A stretch of 63,390 nt of DNA, filler included, from Folioceros fuciformis (taxonomy: Eukaryota), in the NCBI GenBank assembly GCA_049999805.1. It is 10 parts of 10 records of this genome, joined end to end, with 100 filler letters (N's around TTAATTAATTAA, not from the genome) between each part and the next. Parts side by side here need not be neighbours in the genome. Positions count along the whole stretch, not along the records: positions 45,898 to 55,432 come from JBNGIO010004839.1; positions 55,533 to 57,480 come from JBNGIO010004840.1; positions 57,581 to 61,422 come from JBNGIO010004841.1; positions 61,523 to 63,390 come from JBNGIO010004845.1; 6 more parts are not named here. One strand, written 5' to 3'. Numbering within the stretch: the stretch's first letter is position 1; each line of letters starts with the position of its first letter. The notes under the pieces are model-generated. The model was not told where the DNA came from. It was given only the letters and a program-made list of their open reading frames with translations, and did no database searches. A program made the translations under genes and the position numbers. Below are positions 50,452 to 62,808 of this stretch, piece after piece.

Positions 50452-53400
50452 TTAACAATCTACAATCTTCCCCTTGCACTTCTTTCTACATTCATCACAC
50501 ACCCATGCTGTTTTTTTGTCTTCCAAGTATCTTACTTGTGTCAATCGAAATAACTCCCACATTCGATTTTGAAGTGACTTTAGAAGCTCTTTCAAACCTG
50601 CATCCATGGTCACTTCACTATCATCCTTATCTGTAACTTGCATTAGGACGAATTCACTCTTAGTCAACATGGATTCCATCATCAATGCAACTGCTTTTAC
50701 GTTGTTTGGTATGTCTATGCCACCAACCACATGAAGGCCTGCTTTGATAAAAAAGAAAAGCACCTTAGCACCATTCACTGAAAGCTTCCGAATCCACTTG
50801 CAATTTTTCTGCTCTACAACAAGAGTGTAGCCAAGTTGTCGTTGCACTACATGATTCCCACCTCTCGCTTCACACATGAGGTGCAAGCGAACTGCCGCAC
50901 CAACCTGAACCAAAGCAATTAACTTTTCTGGGAAAGGTACATCATCACGAGAAAAGTAAGGACGACAAGGAAGCATGGAAGAACTATGATACCCAATAAT
51001 ATCATTCATTTTCGAATCCAATAAGCGCAGAGTATCTTTTTTTAACATTGCTAGCTTCTCTTCATTTTGTCTGATGGCCTTCAAAATCTCCTGTTGATTA
51101 AGATCTAATTTTCTCATAATCTCCTGGTGATATATATCTTGGTTGTCCTTTACATTCTTCAACTCATATTGGATAGCTTCTAGTCGTATCCTTGTTTCAA
51201 TAGCTCCCAATTTTGTTTCACCAGAAAGGTCAGAGTGACTCTGTAGAAAAGAAACATTTGTTGAACTCGTAGTCGCCAAAGGACCCTTAAACTTTGAGCT
51301 TGAAGCAGTCTCTTCTCCTTTCACAGACCAAACATCACTTGTATCTATTTGCTTGCCATGTATAAGACTATCTGCTATCTTCAATATTCGCTCATGTTGT
51401 TGCTCATGAAACTTAGTATTCTCCCATACTATGTCAGCCAAGTCTTCTGCATCCACAAAATCTTCCATGCGCATCGGTATAATAGGGCCTTGATCATGAA
51501 TTGAAGGCCAATAATATACTCGATCCAATATGTTATGCATAGCAAAGAATCCCTCACCGCACTTCAAAGCTTGGTTTTCATCTAAAAGAAGCTCTCTAAA
51601 ATCCTTTTGAAAACATACTTGCTTTTGTCTCTCACTACAAGATATCAATTCACGCACACAATAGGGATTGATGATACCTTGCATTAATGCAACTCCTGGG
51701 CAACCTTTTGGCGAAGCACAAAAAACTGTCAATTCATCAAGAATATGACGTTTCACAAATGTATTAGCCAAATTGGAATGTTGTTTTGATCTGATGAGTA
51801 TGTCAATATGATCACCAATCACTTCTCCACCACAAAATTCTATCAAAATATCAATGCCATCGCAAGCCATCGAGATAAGATTGTATCCAAACTTGTATTG
51901 ATAAGGATGCATTCCTAAGTTGAGCTCAGAAAACAGATGATTTCGTAAGACCACCTAAAAACAAGGAAATACGAAAAATGAATAAAACTAGTCACCCTAT
52001 ATAGATTAGTGTATGTTTCATATTCTTCAAGAAAAGTAATTTAGATTCAGAAATAAAGAGTACCTGGAATCGTGGAAAAAAACCTTCTGTTAAGACCGTT
52101 CGACGTTGATCTTCGCATTGTAATCTACGCCCAAAAAATTCATATCCTTCATCTTGCAGAATGGACGTCTCATCTTGGGATAGCCATTTTAAAGCCCGTG
52201 GATTACTAGAGCTTGAGGGGTAACAAATTGTCGTTGGAATGTAGAAGCCTTGTGTTTTTCCATCTTCTAGAGTAGCTTCACAACACAATTCCAACTCCAC
52301 CATAATATTCACCAAGTCTTGCGTTTTGAAGTTAATATGATTAGAATTGATTGTAAATATAGAATCAAGAACATGACTAAGATGCTCTCGTCTCACGAAC
52401 CCTTGTTCACTAACTTCTTGTGTTAATGGGGAATTTGGTTGAATAAGTTTACCTAGAAAATCGTGAGTAATCCAATTTGGATTTACTACTCTAAGATTTA
52501 AGTTTTTGAAATAAATAATATTTCCACTATCATGCAGATACGATGAAATGGCAATTACAATGTCACTTAGGTCAGTAGGATTAAATCTAATTAATTGTTT
52601 ACATTGTTCTCTACAAAAGTCAGCAAACTCTTTCTCGGTCATGAAGGATTTAGAAGGATGCTGTGATGTCCACTTTACTAAGGCACTAGTTACCTTCTCA
52701 CATACTTTAGGTACTTTAACTCCCTCTTCGCAAAACCATTTCAATGTTTTTGACACTTTAGACCATATTTGTTTCACATCAATTTTAACATAAGTGTCAA
52801 TTATTTCCATATCCAAAGAGAAACTTATTAGATCTTTATATTCTTCCTTTAGTTTAGTTAATATTAGTTGTAACATATTTTGAATAGATTCTCTTTGTTC
52901 TTTAAATTTATCTAGATGAGTGATTACAACAAATAATTCTGGTTTCTTGTTCTTTTTCTTTTGAACATTAGATGCGATAAACTTTAACCAATATCTCAAT
53001 TTCTCCTCAAATTGTGTGCTAATTTCACGACCAGCTAAGACTTTTGCTTGTTCATAGTTAAAAGGACTAAACACAAACAAAAATACGCAAGCTTGGTGAA
53101 TATTAGGGAAGAGGAAATCATGAAGGATGCGATACTCATCTTGACCAGCTAAATCCCAAAAGCTTACTTGTATGCCATCTTTAGGATGAATGAGAGACTC
53201 CACTTCTATCCCTTCAGTCTTTTTCCACGTCTTTTTCTGTGAAGCAGACTTCGACCAAGGAAATCCCCAAACGCATTTCATCTTTTTAGAGCAAAGCAAT
53301 TGAGAGATTGTTTGCCTCAATGAGGTTTTCCCTGTAACATCAACATTCCATCCTATTAGTTAGTTACAAAGATATATTTTAATAAAATAAAATAAAATAA

Positions 53401-53618
53401 AAACTATTACCTGCTTTTGGTGGACCACAAAAGAAGAGTCTACCAAATGTGGGAGTAACAAATGCTAGCTGCTTTGTTCGGAAGGTTGGGAGATATGTCG
53501 CTAAGCTGATGTTTCGCTGAAGCTTTTCCCTCAACAATGCTGCTTTCCCATTGCTGTGACTTGCATACTTCCATTGTATATTTTTCAAAGTTATATTTTT
53601 TTCCAACATTTCCATAAT
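50452..53618 (-). CDS. TRN1: TORNADO1-like Roco GTPase (last LRR, Roc, COR, coiled coil, C-terminal domain); exons 53618-53411, 53331-52064, 51954-50452; 5'-partial
   Basis: GT-AG introns at 53410-53332 and 52063-51955 give one open frame of 992 aa. Roc motifs: G1 GPPKAGKTS, G2 TEGIEV, G3 WDLAGQ, G4 THLD. COR: YLHDSGNIIYF, GRRLQC, FFPRFQV. TRN1-type tail: LHLMCE...QVRY...AWVC. Family call, not proven orthology. Confidence 0.88.
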
Positions 53619-54712
53619 CTGCATAAATACAAGAACATGACCCCGCGGATTACGATGTCTCTGCTATGCTTGCCAGCCAAAGCATCGTTCGTGTACACCC
53701 CAGCATCACTGCCCCCGTCCTGAGTAAGGGCAACGAGGTTCAGCCTGTCACTGATCAATTCCAATCGATGGCAGGATGGTATTTTGCTTTGTGACGTTGC
53801 TGCCACTCGTACCCGTGATCCTTATCTGTTCGACGTTCACGTCCAGGCTTAGGCTCCGATCAGCCCGCTGCTGCCATTGCCGCCCCTCGAAAGGTACACC
53901 CGGTGATCCACCGTGGGCGCCAGAGGTAGAGCCATAGCTCAAGAGAAAATGTTGAATTCTACACGCGGAGATCACAAAGGGAACCTATTGTTCCACCTGT
54001 GCGGCACATGTTCTGTTGAGGTGAAACATTACAGTTGGCACCAGATTTGAAGTTGCCGCTGCCTGTGCCACCTCCATCACCTGTGCATTTCTCCCCAAGT
54101 GTGTAGACGCCCGAATGTGTCTTTACCATCATGGAGTATGTGCCTCACGGTAATCTGCAGACCTCGACATGTTTCGAAGCGTTGGGCTTACTGTAGAAGC
54201 GCGCATGTATACCAATACGCATGTGTCTGTCTCGATACAGTCTGGTGTTGTTGGTTCAGGAGAGAATGTCACTCGAATGTCAGCTCTGATGAAACGTAGT
54301 GAGCCCGTGTCTTGAGTCCGACCTACTTCGGATGCAGGTCATGTCAACTATCAATTATAGCCACCAGCACAGGCCGGCGCAAGATCAGGGTCACATCCGC
54401 GATTTACATCTGGGGTGGACTCCATTTTCTCGACAGATGTCTGAAGTTGCTACGTGATGGTCTTCGCACTCCTCTTCAGGAAGCTAGCGTTCTTTGTACT
54501 CTTGTGGAGGAAGCCACCGTAACCGATACCACATGAGAAGTGGTTTATTACAACATATTAAAATTAGTTAATGAAAAATACCTTGAACTATATGAAAGGT
54601 ACCTAAAAATGAGTTTTCTAGACAAGGATTAGAAAGCATCTTCTAAATAAAGACAAAAAGCATCTTCTTGAAGGAGGAGGCCAAAGTCAAGCCCACAAGG
54701 GAAGGGGCAAGT

Positions 54713-54891
54713 CAAGGACCAAAGCATGGAAGGGCTAGGAGCTTATAAAGGCCTAGCCAAGGACCAAAGCATGAACGAGCTAGGAGCTTATAAAGGCCTA
54801 GCCAAGGACCAAAGCATGGAAAGGCTAGGAGCTTATAAAGGCCTAGCCAAGGACCAAAGCATGGAAGTCTAGGAGCTTATAAAGGCCTAGC
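54713..54891. repeat. 45-bp minisatellite x4
   Basis: CAAGGACCAAAGCATGGAAGGGCTAGGAGCTTATAAAGGCCTAGC at 54713, 54758, 54803 and 54848. Confidence 0.97.
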
Positions 54892-55199
54892 CTACCCAAG
54901 GGTAGTGAATACTTGTGTGTAGGCTTGTGTGCCATCTTATGTCCTATATTGTGTGAGAACATTGTATGACCTCTCTATAAAGGCCTAGGTTCTTGGTTTC
55001 CTAACGGAGACCACAGGAAATCCCTCCGCATTTGGAGAATACTTATGAGTTCGCATCCTCTCAATCTTTCAATTGTGGAAAAGTGCATCGTGATGAATCT
55101 GATTGTTAGTTCATATATTGAATGTAGTGTGGAGACTATGAGTTTCATGTTCAACTAACAAAGATTGAGCTGGTGCTCGAGACCTATTTGGGAAGATGT

Positions 55200-55432
55200 T
55201 GACGCTTCGACCCTCTGATTGCTACAGCTAGGCTGACGCTTCGTCCCTCTGACTGCTGCAACTAGGCACGAGGCTCCTCCGTTGTTCAAGTGCGTTCAAC
55301 TAACAATCCCTCTGACTGCTGTTGCTAGGCACGAGGCTCCTCCGTTGTTCAAGTGCATTCAACTAACAATCCCTCTGACTGCTGCAGCTAGGCACGAGGC
55401 TCCTCCGCTGTTCAAGTGCATTCAACTAACAA
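55200..55432. repeat. 34-bp duplication merging into a 63-bp minisatellite (x3, runs off the contig)
   Basis: TCCCTCTGACTGCTG...AACTAACAA at 55244, 55307 and 55370. Confidence 0.95.
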
Positions 55433-55532
55433 NNNNNNNNNNNNNNNNNNNNNNNNNNNNNNNNNNNNNNNNNNNNTTAATTAATTAANNNNNNNNNNNN
55501 NNNNNNNNNNNNNNNNNNNNNNNNNNNNNNNN

Positions 55533-57480
55533 ATAACACCCTGGATGTCTCTTTTAGAGGTCTGCAATGCACTGTTACAAATCCCCAACATAAAAATAAA
55601 GTATTAGCCACAGGTGCACCTTTCCATGACCTGTATCAGCTGAACATTTCCTCCAAGTTTGGTCTCAAACCTGCACAAGCACACGCCAATGTCAGCCGTG
55701 AAACCAAAAGGAGGGAGGCAGTTATGTTGTGGCACTGCAGACTTGCCCATGTAAACTTTGACAAGCTAAAGGCAATGGTGGCCAGCCCAACCTTTATAGA
55801 GAGCCATTTGTGCTTCAGTTTGCAGAAAGACAGTTCTGCGAGTCGTGTGTGTTTGGCAAACACCATCGGCTGCCATACAAGGATGTGAATCCTACTCGGG
55901 CCACCAAGGCACTTGAGCTGGTCCACACTGACCTGTGCGGCCCTATGTCTACAGCTTCCCTAGGAGGAGCACTCTATTTCCTTACATTCTTAGATGACTG
56001 GAGTAGATATGCTGTGGTATACCTGATCAAGGAGAAAAGCCAGACCTTGGGTTGTTTTCAGGAGTATGTACCATATGCACAATGGCAGACTAGAGAAACT
56101 CTGATTGCCCTGCGCAGCGACAACGGGGGTGAGTTCACTTCAAATGCCTTCAAGGATTATTGCAAGGAGCTGGGGATAGTCAGGCAACTCACCGTACCCT
56201 ATACTTCCTCGCAAAATCCTCTAGCAGAGTTGAGTAATAAGCATCTTCAGGAATTTGCTAAGTCTATGCTAAAGCTGTCTGGTCTTTCCCGTGATTACTG
56301 GGCAGAAGCCATAGCAACTGCAGTCTATGTCAGAAATAGAGTACCCACTAGTGCATTCTCGGGTGCCACTCCCTTCCAGAGATGGAAAAAACATAGGCCC
56401 CGAATTAACCACTTGAGAATATTTGGGTCTCCAGCTTATGCACACCTGTCAGAACAGCAAAGGGTTAAGTTAGATTACAAAGCCCGAAAGTACATCTTTA
56501 TTGGCTATACAGAAGGTATAAAGGGCTATAAGCTGTTTGATCCCTCTACTAGAACAACAACACATGCACGCAATGTGGTATTTAATGAGCAGCTACTCCT
56601 GAATTCTGTTGTACCCCAACCTGACCTTGATGATGACCATGAAGGCGTTACAAGTCAGTCAGATAGTCCTCCTTCCTTTCCAGTAAATCAGACTTCAGCT
56701 GTTCACCCTTACGTTCCAGCTAACCAGAACCAGACAAGTTCTACCCTACAGCAGTCTGATAGTAACACAGAAGAGGAACCCTCAGACTTCCCGGATGATG
56801 ACTCTGTCAGATTTCCAACTGACACACCTGCAGTAGACACTGAAATTAGGGAATCATCTGTGGAAGATAACTCTGGAATAGAGGGACTGCATGACAATAT
56901 ACCTGAACCTGAAGAGGTAACAGCTCCAAGACGAAGCTCTCGGAGGCACACATCATCTCCAGCTGACTGGAAGGAACCACCTTTGACCTACCAGTCATTT
57001 CTAGTGCAAGATGGGAATGAACCACTAGACCTGGAAGAACCTCAATCATATCAGGAGGCAATCAATTCAGTAGACAAGGAGAAGTGGACTGCTGCAATTC
57101 AGTCCGAGTACCAATCAATTATTGATAATAAAACTTAGGTGTTGGAGGACCTTCCTCCCGGACGCAAAGCGGTCACATGCAAATGGGTGTTTAAAAAGAA
57201 ACTAAACTCAGATGGTTCAATTGCTAGATACAAAGCACGCTTGGTTGCACGAGGCTACAGCCAGGTAGCAGGTCTGGACTATACTGAAACATTCTCACCT
57301 GTTGTACGAGCAACATCTGTGCGGACCCTACTGGCGGTTGCTGCACAACATGACTATGCCATGCATCACATGGATGTGAAGACCGCATTCTTGAATGGCA
57401 CTTTGGAGGAGACTATCTACATGCGCCAACTTGAAGGGTATGTAGATAAAAATCACCCAAACAAAGTTTGTAAGTTGTTA
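55533..57480 (+). pseudogene. Copia INT-RT, close relative of the 4324-7069 element
   Basis: [54 protein letters not shown] at a conserved Trp (57136). Confidence 0.95.
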
Positions 57481-57580
57481 NNNNNNNNNNNNNNNNNNNN
57501 NNNNNNNNNNNNNNNNNNNNNNNNTTAATTAATTAANNNNNNNNNNNNNNNNNNNNNNNNNNNNNNNNNNNNNNNNNNNN

Positions 57581-58460
57581 ACTGAGGCTAACCCTAATAG
57601 ATAGAGATGGAGGTTTGGGCCAAGGTAATATAAGAGGCTAGACCTGCCATTGAGGAGGGGGCTGTCTACGGTGCGATTTCCCTGGACCTTGGGTGCAGAA
57701 CTCCTGGCTTAGGGCGCTGAGCTGGTTGAGACTAAACCAAGGTCCTGATTTCCCTTGCCACTAGGTGAACGTGGAGGATCCCAAGACTACCAAGATTCAT
57801 GTGGCCGGATCCGCAATGGCTGACCACCTTGCATGCTGGCTGAGGTGAGGTTGCAGGGCCGTGAGCCAAGGAGGCTACCCAGCCCTAGGCCTCGCCTTTG
57901 CCTTGAAGGCTGCAAGAAGGAAGGTTGTTGTGTTCCAAATTGCAGGAGAGAAGGGTTGAGTTGCAGATTTTGGAAGTGGAAGTGAGGGGCTGGAGGGTGA
58001 AGTGAAGTGAAGTGCTGAAGTGAAGGACTGAAGTGCTGAAGTGAAGTGCTGAAGTGGTGGAATGAAGTGTTGGAGCTGGAGTGAGGAGCTAGCTGAAGTT
58101 GAGGTTCTCGTTCAGCTGCAGAGGTAGACTAGGTGCTGAGAGTTGGAGGCCAGACTTGGGGCTAGAGCCTCCTCTTAGCACTGAAGTGATTGATACTTGG
58201 AGCTGAAAATGAGGGCTGAAGACAATGCTGGAGTTCTCATTTTGTTGAGGCTAGGGTTGGTGTTGTGGTAGGAGCCGAAGATAGGACCGAGACTTCTGAC
58301 CTATTGCTGTAGCACTTGGTATATGCTGATAGATAGGGTGAGATTAGGGAGATGTAGGTAACCTTGACATTAGTTCACTCCCTTGGGAGCAAATCATAAG
58401 ACTGCAACGATAATAAGGGGAAGTGTGGCCCCTTGGTGGTTCGCAAGAAATCACTCCACA
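57581..58460 (+). mobile_element. 3' part of an Athila-like LTR (family of 343-1985)
   Basis: Alignable with 1228-1985; ends GCAAGAAATCACTCCACA; no PBS follows. Confidence 0.85.
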
Positions 58461-58534
58461 GCTTATCACTCAAGTGTCCAACTACTCCTCACGCTCCATT
58501 GCCTTGCACTCCACAGATCACCATAAAGGCAACA

Positions 58535-59191
58535 ATGGCCACACTAAGTACTATTGAGCTCACGTTGCTTGTGGTGATTGTCTTCATCCTCGGCGCCTTC
58601 TGTTACTAGCGGTCTTCAATCGCTCACTCGAGTTGCGCACACTCCAGAATTTCCTGGCTTGAGATGGAAGACTCTGTTCAAGGTCTCAAGTGCCTGGGGT
58701 GTGAACGCTTGTAGATACCAGTGCGCAAATTCTCTAAACGTCAGTCCTACCTTCATGCAATGAACTGTCTTGACTCCAACATAGTGTCCTTCGAGTCTCC
58801 TACTTGTGCTCCACTTCCTACAGATGGCTCAAAGGGCAAGACTGCAAGGAGAATTCACAACTTCGACAACAAAGGAAATCCAAAACAGGTGTTTGCAGCT
58901 GCCTCAGTGGACTTTGAAAAGGTTGCTTGTAAGGAGACAGAGCAGAAGTGCAAGCAGGCTGGTGTGGTGGATGTCAGTGTAGACCCAAGCATGGAGGAGT
59001 TTTTGCGCTTCACCAAGGTGCCTCTTCCTATCGACTTTGAGGATGAGAAATAGAAGGAAAAAGAGTGGGGACGAAAGCCTATGAAGAGTGCACCAAGGAA
59101 AAGGAGCGAAGCAAAGAAGCCTGAGCCTCACATTACTGAAACTAGTATGTTGGTCACCTATAGCTGTAAGTACCTAAGCTCTGTTTGCTGA
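58535..59191 (+). pseudogene. Antisense ORF in copia 3' region with N-terminal hydrophobic helix
   Basis: 219 codons in one frame with three internal TAG (58607, 58712, 59051); MATLSTIELTLLVVIVFILGAFCY; CLGC. Confidence 0.5.
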
Positions 59192-59322
59192 CGACCTGTA
59201 CATATTCTAACCCATATTCCTACTGTACAACCCTTTTTGAGGAGTTTGCCAAAGCCAATAAGACACAAGAAGAATTGATCAAGTATCTGAACAAAGATGG
59301 CAAGCTCCCACACAAGGGTTAG

Positions 59323-60855
59323 CTAGTGAGCAGTGCCCTTAGTATCAACAAAGGGAATTAGGCAAATACCAGCAGCAGACGTGTGTTTTTCATGAGCTAG
59401 TTTAGATAAAGCCTTTGTGAGAAGGTCTGATACATTGTCCTCAGTTGGGACTTAAGGAACTGTTACCTCTCCATTATCTGCTACCTGACGTATGAAATGA
59501 TGGCTGATCTCAATATGCTTTGATCGTGCATGGAATACTGGATTCTTTGTAAGTGCTATAGAGGACTGATCGTCACACCAGAGGGGAGTTGGACTAATCT
59601 ATTGTAGCCCTAACCCCTTGACAAAACTCCGAATCCAAATAATATTGTTAGATGCTTGTGTCATGGCTGCATACTCAACCTCAGTTGAAGAGAGACAAAT
59701 TGTAGGTATCTTTTTACTGGACCATGACACTACAGAAGTGCCCATAAAAGTGCAGTTTGCAGCTACACTTTGTCTCGTGTCTAGATCCCCTGCCCAATCT
59801 GCATCACAGTATGCTGTAAGATTCAAACCCTCCTTGCATTTCCTAAATCGTAAACCCTTTCTGGCAGTTCCTTTTAAATAACGGAATATACGTTTTATTG
59901 CTGTCAAGTGTACAGGTCCAGGGTTTTCTAGAAATTGACTGACAGCTCCCACTGCCCTGGTGATGTTCATCCGAGTCCAACTAGACAGATAAATGAGAGA
60001 ACCCATAGCCTGTCTGTAAGGTGTTTCAGTCATAGCTTGTTTCTCTTCTAGGGTAACTAGGCACTGTTCTAGGGAGAGTTTCTCACCAACAGCCATAAGC
60101 CATAGGAGTGGCAACTGGTTTGGCATCTAACATATTGAAACGCTTAAGGAGCTGATGGACAAAGTGTTCTTGATGTATGTTAATTGTACCATCAGCTTTA
60201 TTGAAATGAAACTAAACACCCAAAGAGAAAGTGAGTTCCCCTAGATTAGTCATCTCAAATTTGGAAAGAAGAATGTCCTTAATCTTAGCCATCATAGTTG
60301 GCACATTGCTAAAGAGAAAGTTGTCATCAACATAAACACTGAGTATCACAAACTCATCATCATTCCACAAGACATATACGCTAGTGTTCGCATCAAGACA
60401 AAGAAAGCCAAGTTCTATGAGCAGCTTGTGAACTACCTTATACCGGGCTCTTGGAGCCTGTTTAAGCCCATATAAAGTCTTAAGGAGCTTACACACCTTA
60501 TCTTTATGAACAATGAAACCTTCTGGTTGACACATATATATGTCTTCTTCAAGCAAGCCATTCAGAAATGCTGTTTTGACATCTAGTTGATGCACAAGGA
60601 GATTGTAGTGGGAAGCTATAGCCAGGAGAATTCTTATAGATGTAGACTTAACAACGGGTGCAAAAGTCTCGTTGTAATCAAGTCCAGGAATCCGGCTATA
60701 GCCCTTTGCAATAAGACGTGCTTTATACCTTCCTACAGTGCCATCGGTGTTGAGCTTTTTCTTAAAGACCCATTTGCATTCTACAAGCTTTCTAGCTTTA
60801 GGAAGGTCCACTAATTTCCAAGTTTGATTTTTAAGGAGTGATTTATATTCAGATT
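59323..60855 (-). pseudogene. Copia RT-RNase H
   Basis: KWVFKKK, RYKARLIAKGY, QLDVKTAFLNG, VYVDD, YCDADWAGD, STEVEY, SDLLTK. Confidence 0.95.
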
Positions 60856-61152
60856 TGTAGGGTTATTAAAGCCCAATGTGCTTAGACTAATGTGTTTAGT
60901 CTAAGATTTGTGTCTAGTTAAGTATCATTAGTTTAGATTAGCTTAAGCTAATCTGTAGGAAGCTTCTTGCGCAGCTTCCTATGCGCTTCTTATGAAGCTT
61001 CCTAGAGAGCTCTTCTAGAGGGTATAAATACCCCCTTGAGCTCCCTTGCTATTAAGACTCATTGTGACCTCTCTTTCTCCTCTGCTCCTTGCCTCCTCCT
61101 CCCCTCCTTCACCATGTAGCTCCTGTAGCGATCTTACAAGTGGTATCAGAGC
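60856..61152 (+). mobile_element. Copia 5' LTR (60856-61138) and tRNA-iMet PBS (61141-61152), nested in opposite orientation
   Basis: TGTAGGG...CTTACA AG TGGTATCAGAGC; same LTR family as 14754-15044. Confidence 0.92.
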
Positions 61153-62421
61153 AGGTGTGGAGCAAGGGTGATGGTGCGCAAAGCTTCGCAGTGAGAGCCA
61201 CCAGGAGCAGTGTGCGACAATCCGGTGCTTGGGTGTAAGAGTCTCCAATCCTGCCGTGCAAGGCAGCGCGGAGCGGGAGTGCGGAGCCAGAGTGCGGGGT
61301 GTGCCCCAAGAGCGGGGCACCTAGGCGCCGCGGGAGTGAGCAGGCGCAGAGGGCGCCCGGCCAGGCCGGGGCGCCATCTAGCGCGCATGCGCGCGGGGCA
61401 CCCAGTCCGCTGGGGCGCGGGGNNNNNNNNNNNNNNNNNNNNNNNNNNNNNNNNNNNNNNNNNNNNTTAATTAATTAANNNNNNNNNNNNNNNNNNNNNN
61501 NNNNNNNNNNNNNNNNNNNNNNGGCCAGCACCAAGGCCCTGGATCTCAGACTGGAGGAGGAGCCGGTGCTTGTTAGCTACTACTTCTACTATCCATCGTT
61601 CTGACCCATCGTTCCTGGGTGCAAGCCCTGACCTGAAGATCGTTCCTTCAGGGAGATGTGGCACCGGACTGCCCCGATCTTGAAGCACTGAGCGCAATCC
61701 ACCGGGATTGAAGTCGCGGGGAAGGCTATCCTGGCGGCGACTGGAGGAGGGCCACACGATGTGCACAGCCCCGGCTCACGTTGGATTCAGCATCGCCGCT
61801 GTGGCAAGACATCTGGAGGGCGGAGCTGTGAGGCAGGAAGTGGCCTGCTTCTCGAGCTACTTGGGCCGGCCCACGCATCTAGGCATGACGGAGAAGACCG
61901 CGGACCACGGCAGGCCACTGCACCAGCCACGGGCGGCGTCGCTCAGGAGCTAGGTGCTGAGTCCGATGAGGACGAGGCACGGAGTCCCGATGTTGGCCAT
62001 CAATCGAGTCCTGGAGCAATGTGTACATTGCTGGAGGGTGGCACAGCAGTAATTCCGACTCGAGAGATTGGCAGGAACGGGTGGCTGTGGAAGCTGGAAG
62101 AATGCATCCCGCGGCCCCACGGGAATGGACGCCTTGCAACAAGCCAAGGGCGACGGTCGGATCTCCGAATTCCGGGGATGGAACTTCGCAGCCAGGCTGA
62201 CAAACGCGCGTGAGCAGAATTGTTTCGCTCGGCGGAATCAACTACATCAAAACAAGATTTTCATAGAAGAAACCGTAGCCGCATCGACGGGAGCAACAGC
62301 TGTTGTAGCGGGCGGCTTGTTGATTTGAGGTTACTGAAGTCTCGTTGTAGCCATAGCTAAGCAAGGAGACTGTGCAGGGAGTCGGTGAGCCGGATCAGGA
62401 CGCTCCTCTTATCTGCCCCAG

Positions 62422-62543
62422 CTATGCAATGAGAACATTTAGTTTGTTGCAAGCCAACACATCAGCATGCACATACCGCCCAGACTTCAAATCTCCTCCC
62501 CTTGCACAAGCCTGGAGGGCAGCCACAAACACATACCCATCTG
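62422..62543 (-). pseudogene. Isolated PLS-class PPR motif fragment
   Basis: PDGYVFVAALQACARGGDLKSGRYVHADV fits a PPR L-motif; no flanking PPR repeats. Confidence 0.7.
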
Positions 62544-62665
62544 GAATCGCAATCGCACTCGACCTGCGCATTTCCTGTCTCAAATTGAGAACGGCGAGAC
62601 TGTAAATCGATCCTGTGGATTGTAAATATGAAAACTGTACAAGGAATTGCTCAGAGAGCATATGA

Positions 62666-62808
62666 GAGATGAGTCACGAAGAGTCACTGCGAGATGAGTC
62701 ACGAAGAGTCACTACGAGATGAGTCACGAAGAGTCACTACGAGATGAGTCACGAAGAGTCACTACGAGATGAGTCACGAAGAGTCACTACGAGATGAGTC
62801 ACGAAGAG
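62666..62808. repeat. 25-bp minisatellite x5.7
   Basis: GAGATGAGTCACGAAGAGTCACTAC units from 62666, nearly identical. Confidence 0.98.

Noticed and set aside
54107-54160. Kinase hinge-like peptide VFTIMEYVPHGNL on the plus strand
   Set aside because: Flanked by stops with no VAIK, HRD or DFG motif nearby; probably chance.
61523-62400. GC-rich block with overlapping ORFs
   Set aside because: No recognisable domain in the frames read; function cannot be supported.
62666-62808. CRISPR-like appearance of short repeat arrays (also 21139, 54713, 55244)
   Set aside because: Head-to-tail units with no unique spacers, no cas genes and a eukaryotic context.
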